Shown here in pieces: positions 59,264 to 64,000 of a stretch of 64,000 nt of DNA (positions within the stretch are counted from its first letter, which is position 1; each line of letters starts with the position of its first letter). The stretch is from Pseudogymnoascus verrucosus (lineage: Eukaryota), in assembly GCA_001662655.1 (NCBI GenBank), contig KV460230.1. One strand, 5' to 3'. The position numbers were made by a program, and so were the translations under genes. The notes beneath the pieces are model-generated. The model was not told the DNA's origin. It was given only the letters and a program-made list of their open reading frames with translations, and made no database searches.

Positions 59264-60143
59264 ATGGCCTGCTGCACCCTCCCCTCCATCCACCCCCACA
59301 CCCCCCTCGGCACCATCCTCTCCATCTCCGGCACATCCACCTACCTCACCCTCCCCCCCAACACCCCCACCGCCACCCCTCACCCCCGCGCCCTCCTCTA
59401 CCTCACAGAAGGCTACGGCACTCTCCTCCCCAACTCCCAGCTCCTCGCCGACCACCTCTCCCTCCTCCTCAACTGCCCGGTGATCATGCCCGACCAATTC
59501 CGCAACGAGCCCTTTCCCATGGTGAAGCCGCCCGGCTGGGACGACGAAGCCGCGTTCATAAGGCTGCAAACAGATCACCATCCCGGGACTGTGGATCCCA
59601 TGCTCGAGAAGGTGTTGGAGTGGATGCAGCGCCCTGTGGGTCATGCTGAGGGAGGTCTGGGGGGCGTGGTGAGGGTGGGCGCGATTGGGTATTGTTTTGG
59701 TGGGAGGTATGTTATGCGTTTGCTTGCGGAGGGGAAGATCGAGGCGGGCGTGGTGAATCATCCGAGCTTTTTCACGCTGGATGAGGTGTCGGCGTTGGGG
59801 CGGCCGGCTGGGGGTAAGGAGGAGGGAGAAGGGGGTGGGAAAGTCAAGGTGTGGAAACCACTCGCTATCTTTGCGGCGGAGGAGGATGATATTCTGCCCG
59901 AGGGGAAGAGGAGAGCTACGGAGGATAGGCTGAAGGAAGGTGGGGTGACGTGGGTGTGTACCACATATGCGGGGACTCTCCATGGTTTCAGGTATGCCCC
60001 CTTCAGCGCCCCCTTCAGCGCGTGAGAAAGTAACAAAGAACAGCGTGCGCGGAGATCTCAATGATCCGGTTGTCAAATTCGCGAGGGACAGTGCGTTAGA
60101 CGGGGCAGTCAAGTGGTTCAATGAGTATCTTCCCTCGTCTTAA
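59264..60143 (+). CDS. Dienelactone hydrolase family protein; intron 59992-60043
   Basis: MACC start, GAIGYCFGG nucleophile, HPS, AEEDDI and YAGTLHGF|SVRGD. Confidence 0.9.
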
Positions 60144-60812
60144 ATTCAGGAGTAAGGCGAGAGTGGGTGACTTAAGACTCAAGCGCTCTGTTCTGGCGCC
60201 AGCAACTATGGTGGCATCCGCTCTTTATAATCATAACCAATGCACGCTCGCCAAGAGCGTTACGCATACTTTCCAAAACTCAAGCAACTTTCCAGTTTTC
60301 GCACACAAATCCTCAACCCTTGGAAAGTGTCATGTACTTTTCCCCCCCGAACCCCTTTTCGCGTCCTTTGGAAATCCGCTCTCTGGTATTCCTGGGCCCA
60401 AAATGACCCTGCGGTCCCAATATATATATATCCTTAAATTTTACCCATCCGTCGTAGCCTATATGGCAGTTTTCTCATCGCCCCAGTATTATTACAGCCA
60501 ACCTGCAACGATTGTAACCGTCCGTTGTCACGGTTGTCCAGACTATTTTATCAGTCGTTATCGTCGATATTACCGTCTGTCTTGGCTCCGCTATTTCCAA
60601 GAGTCTTCGCATCTTGTTGCCGCTGCATCTTAGCCAATACTACACGTCCATCGTAACCGAAACTGCAACCGCTTCCAATTGGAACATATACCCATGTGGC
60701 TCTCTCCCTTGAGATAAGGGCTGAATGCTAAATCTGGCACACTGCGGAATAAAAATCTTCCAGGATCAGCACTCTGATGTATCCCACCTGCTGTCCAGAT
60801 TGCCCCAGAGGC

Positions 60813-63112
60813 TTATGATGGCCTGTATTCGTTGGGATCTTGCATCAGGAATCCTTCGGGGCCAAACCATTGCTGGTGAGAATGGGACGGTGCGTTGTGA
60901 TGCTCTGTCCCTGTTGTATACGCACTGATATAATTAGGCTGTATCCACTCTGGACTGTTGTTGCTGTCTACCAGAGTCAAGTCCGAAGGCGTTGATTTAT
61001 TCGACTTGTCATCTTCGAGGTTGAGAGAGCCAAAAAGGACCTTCATATCACGCAGATCTTCCGTCACCTCGTCCCGCGGCGTTGACGTGCGCTCCTCGAC
61101 GAAGCTACGGATCGAGCGGATAGTAGGTGGGTAGTTCTCGCCATTCGGGAGCCACCATTCCATGCATGTCGGGTCCTGGAATAGCTCAGAAATGCGCTCG
61201 CGGAAGGTAACGGGATAGATGTATCTATCAGAAGTCAGTGTCCATTTTCTCATGAGTGCAGGGTTGTCCTACCCATTCGATTCCACCACCGTGAATTTCC
61301 TCCGCAGCCAGTTCATGTGGCGTTGGTCGCGGGGAAGTGCGATGGCTGCGATCCCTAGACTAGCCAGGCACGACAGGATGGCACCCTTGGGGCTTCGTGG
61401 CCAGTATTCTACGGCTTCGAACATCTGGCAGATTTGGAATGCGGGAATAGCTACCTCCTCGTCCTTCGTCTGGATTTGGAGAATTTGGGCGGTTTGTACC
61501 AGTCGCATCAGGTCCAGCGCATATATATCGAGCTTGCAAATGTTGATGGGCCAGAGGACGCCCTCCTGGATAAGTCCTGGTTCGTAGGGGTTCACAATAT
61601 CTTCTGGGTCCAGGGGTCGTGCACCAGTGAAATCTGTGACTTTGTATCTCGAATCGTGAAGCGCCGGATCCATGCTGGGTATGAACTCCCGGATCTTTTT
61701 TGCGATCGCCTCGTTCTCAAAATTGAATTGCTCAATGCTGATCTCGCCTTTGCTTATTTTCGCAAACAGGACCGACATCTCCATAGCTATGATGTTGATT
61801 TTTGAAGACGTCTCATCGATTTTCCATAGAATATTGTCTGGCTCAGTCTGCACTTTGTGGGTGTAGAATTGCAGCTTGACATCAAACCATTCTTGGGAAA
61901 GCACGGTTTTGAAGCCGCCTATAAGGCCCGCGAAAATGTCGAATCGGGCATACCAGCCCAGCAGCACCCGGTTGAGGTCCGTCTCCATGGCGGTTTGAGG
62001 CGTCAAGAGGCTGGTCAAAATAGAATATGCTGCTTTTTGGTGGCTCAGAAGATTAACCCAGTCTCCTAGATATTCCTACTCATCAGTTAGCCTTGTTTTC
62101 TTCTCAGGGACAGAGTGACAGTAATCATTACTTCTATGGTGGCGAGTTGCAAAATGGAATACATCGTATCAACATTTCTCCCTTCGCCTCTCCTCAGTGA
62201 CTTCAATAGAAGCTGAACAGATTTGTTGTAATATTGTAGGAAGTCCTGTATCTTTCCTTCTGGATTGTGGAGCGTGCGCTGAAACGCGGAAAATCCAACA
62301 ACAGCATACAACAGCGACTTATTCTGTAGTGCTGCTTCTAAAAATGTCGTGTGAAAGAAATTCCCTGCATCCTTCTTGAAATAATAGTGGTGATGCGTGA
62401 CATTCGCGACGAAATATTCGAGATAGAACTGTAGATCGCGGGGCAGTCCCGACCAGTCAGGCTTGCCTCCATCAGTGACTGGGGGGAGACGAGAAGGCTT
62501 TGCCAGCCTCTGATCAGCTTTATGTAGGTGAGCATTATATCCTATGGATCCTTCAGTGGACGGGGAGGGCGAACTGCCTTTATCTTGGACCAGAGATGGC
62601 GTCTCTGAGCTTAAACGGCTTTGATTTTGTTGTTGTAATGTATGGGTTGAATTAGCGAGTGAGTTCATGCCTTGATTTGTATCAAATGGGTCCTCGTCTT
62701 CGTCCGGGATGGACTCGAGGCGGTCTACATCAACCTCGTCATCATATTCGTCAGATGGCGGGGTTAGACTTGAGTGGCCAGACTTTGAGCTGCCGGCGCC
62801 GCCAGACTTTGATGGTGTTGTTTCCGGATACGAACATTCTCTCGAGCCTTTCTTACATCCTGGACAGTTCAGCTTCCAATTCCTAAGTGGTGAGTCCCTA
62901 TCAACTTACTCTCGCATGTGGGGCGGCCTTCGTCGCACTACATATGGTCAGCATCAGACCCAGAGAATGGGATGAGTTCATACTTTTACACGTCTATTCC
63001 TACAGGTAAAGCATCCTGATCTCGTCCTCCTATGCTTCACATGGTCGGCTCCGGGCGCTGGTCGTCGTTGATGTCGCCCCGGCTTCGCCCCGGTCATCTC
63101 CACGCTCTGCAT
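60813..63112 (-). CDS. Zn2Cys6 transcription factor with fungal-specific TF domain, multi-exon; start uncertain (63097, 63112 or further upstream)
   Basis: Spliced HVKHRRTRSGCFTCRNRRVK|CDEGRPTCE|RCKKGSRECSYP (introns 62938-62983 and 62860-62909); LLYAVVGFSAF, LQLATIE and WYARFD. Confidence 0.88.
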
Positions 63113-64000
63113 CCAGGAAGATGGTATAGGTCGTCCTACGTGTGGACTGGCCGAACTGGACTTGGGGGACCGGTAGGTCTGGCTTGGCGCGCGTTCGAGC
63201 GTTAATCCAAGCTCCTCTAGTATCCGCGGATATCGTACTCTAGAAGTTGCAGTTGATAGCTCTGATCATTGACTTCTCGGCCACTTCAAACGGGATAGAT
63301 AGGACTGTATAGTCCCGCATGAACGTCTAGTTCGTTGGAGAGAGTATCAAATTCGTGTGGTATGCGCCTCGATGTAGTGGGAAATTGAAGAAGCAGATGG
63401 CAGTGTGTACGTAGATGAGCGCCGACGGGATCGAGTTTGGATGAATGCGGGGTGATTATAACGAGTGACAGCACAGCGAGACTTCTAAACCGGTGGTAAA
63501 TGTATGATCACTGTCAGATATGCAACGAAAGTAAGGCAAGGCGTCGAGCGTTGCAAGAACAAAGCACACAGATGAGGCGCTGCAAGGTTTCTCAATGATA
63601 TGGCGGCCGGTGACTCGAATGACGGCCCGATGCCGCAGTGCAGTGTAGATTGATTCGAGGCTTTACGGCGAAGCTGCGGACTGATCCGGAAGAAATTTGA
63701 TATGTCTGCGCTTAGCCGCGAGGTTACAGCCGCGAGGTTGTAGTGATGTCCACACGGTATTTGTTCCCCGAAGGCAAGTCGAAGCGCGCTCGACAAGGAC
63801 GCGGCCGTACCAGGGCTTCCAACAACTGATTGTGCGGGGTAACGGAGCAAAGTATATTTGTAATTGTAATGATAATTGCTCGTAGAGGACGGTTAGTTAT
63901 TTCGACGCGACAGAAGTTTTTCGAACACAGGCGGGTTGCGACGGGGGTCAAGAAACCGGAGAGGTAGATTTCGATGGAGATAACGGGCGGGCGCCGCGCC

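Noticed and set aside
59996..60021. GCCCCCTTCAGC direct repeat
   Set aside because: Short slippage duplication inside an intron; no evident consequence
59252..60121. Long antisense ORFs (also 13276-13916, 37062-37820, 6165-6875 and 7941-8513)
   Set aside because: Shadows of biased codon usage in real genes on the opposite strand; no family motifs

Overview
Intron-containing eukaryotic DNA from a filamentous ascomycete. Gene content and style suggest a Leotiomycete such as Pseudogymnoascus, but this is inference. There is one 90-N assembly gap. About 22 recognisable intact protein-coding genes are present: an NTF2-like protein, kinesin-1, RAD6/UBC2, mitochondrial thiolase, a CYSTM protein, PTEN/TEP1, an APH-like kinase, an MFS transporter, a JMJD5-like JmjC protein, nitronate monooxygenase, FOL1 (HPPK-DHPS), an SRF1-like protein, a mitochondrial KHE-related protein, an LSH/DDM1/IRC5 helicase, a maltase-permease-Zn2Cys6 MAL cluster, a GH28 RgxB-like hydrolase, LYS2, a dienelactone hydrolase, a second Zn2Cys6 factor and one small orphan. 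The window also holds a tandem tRNA-Asp/tRNA-Gly pair, a frameshifted BTB gene, a 5'-truncated BBE-oxidase relic and an ~8.3 kb stretch with no recognisable gene. The most notable signals are four exactly phased CCG-N8 triplets overlapping CreA-type sites in the MAL divergent promoter, a possibly dicistronic tRNA pair with a hairpin spacer, and a recurrent 5' C-rich to 3' G-rich switch within genes. I found no clearly novel multi-gene system. Exon boundaries were read by eye, and family names come from recalled motifs, not database searches.
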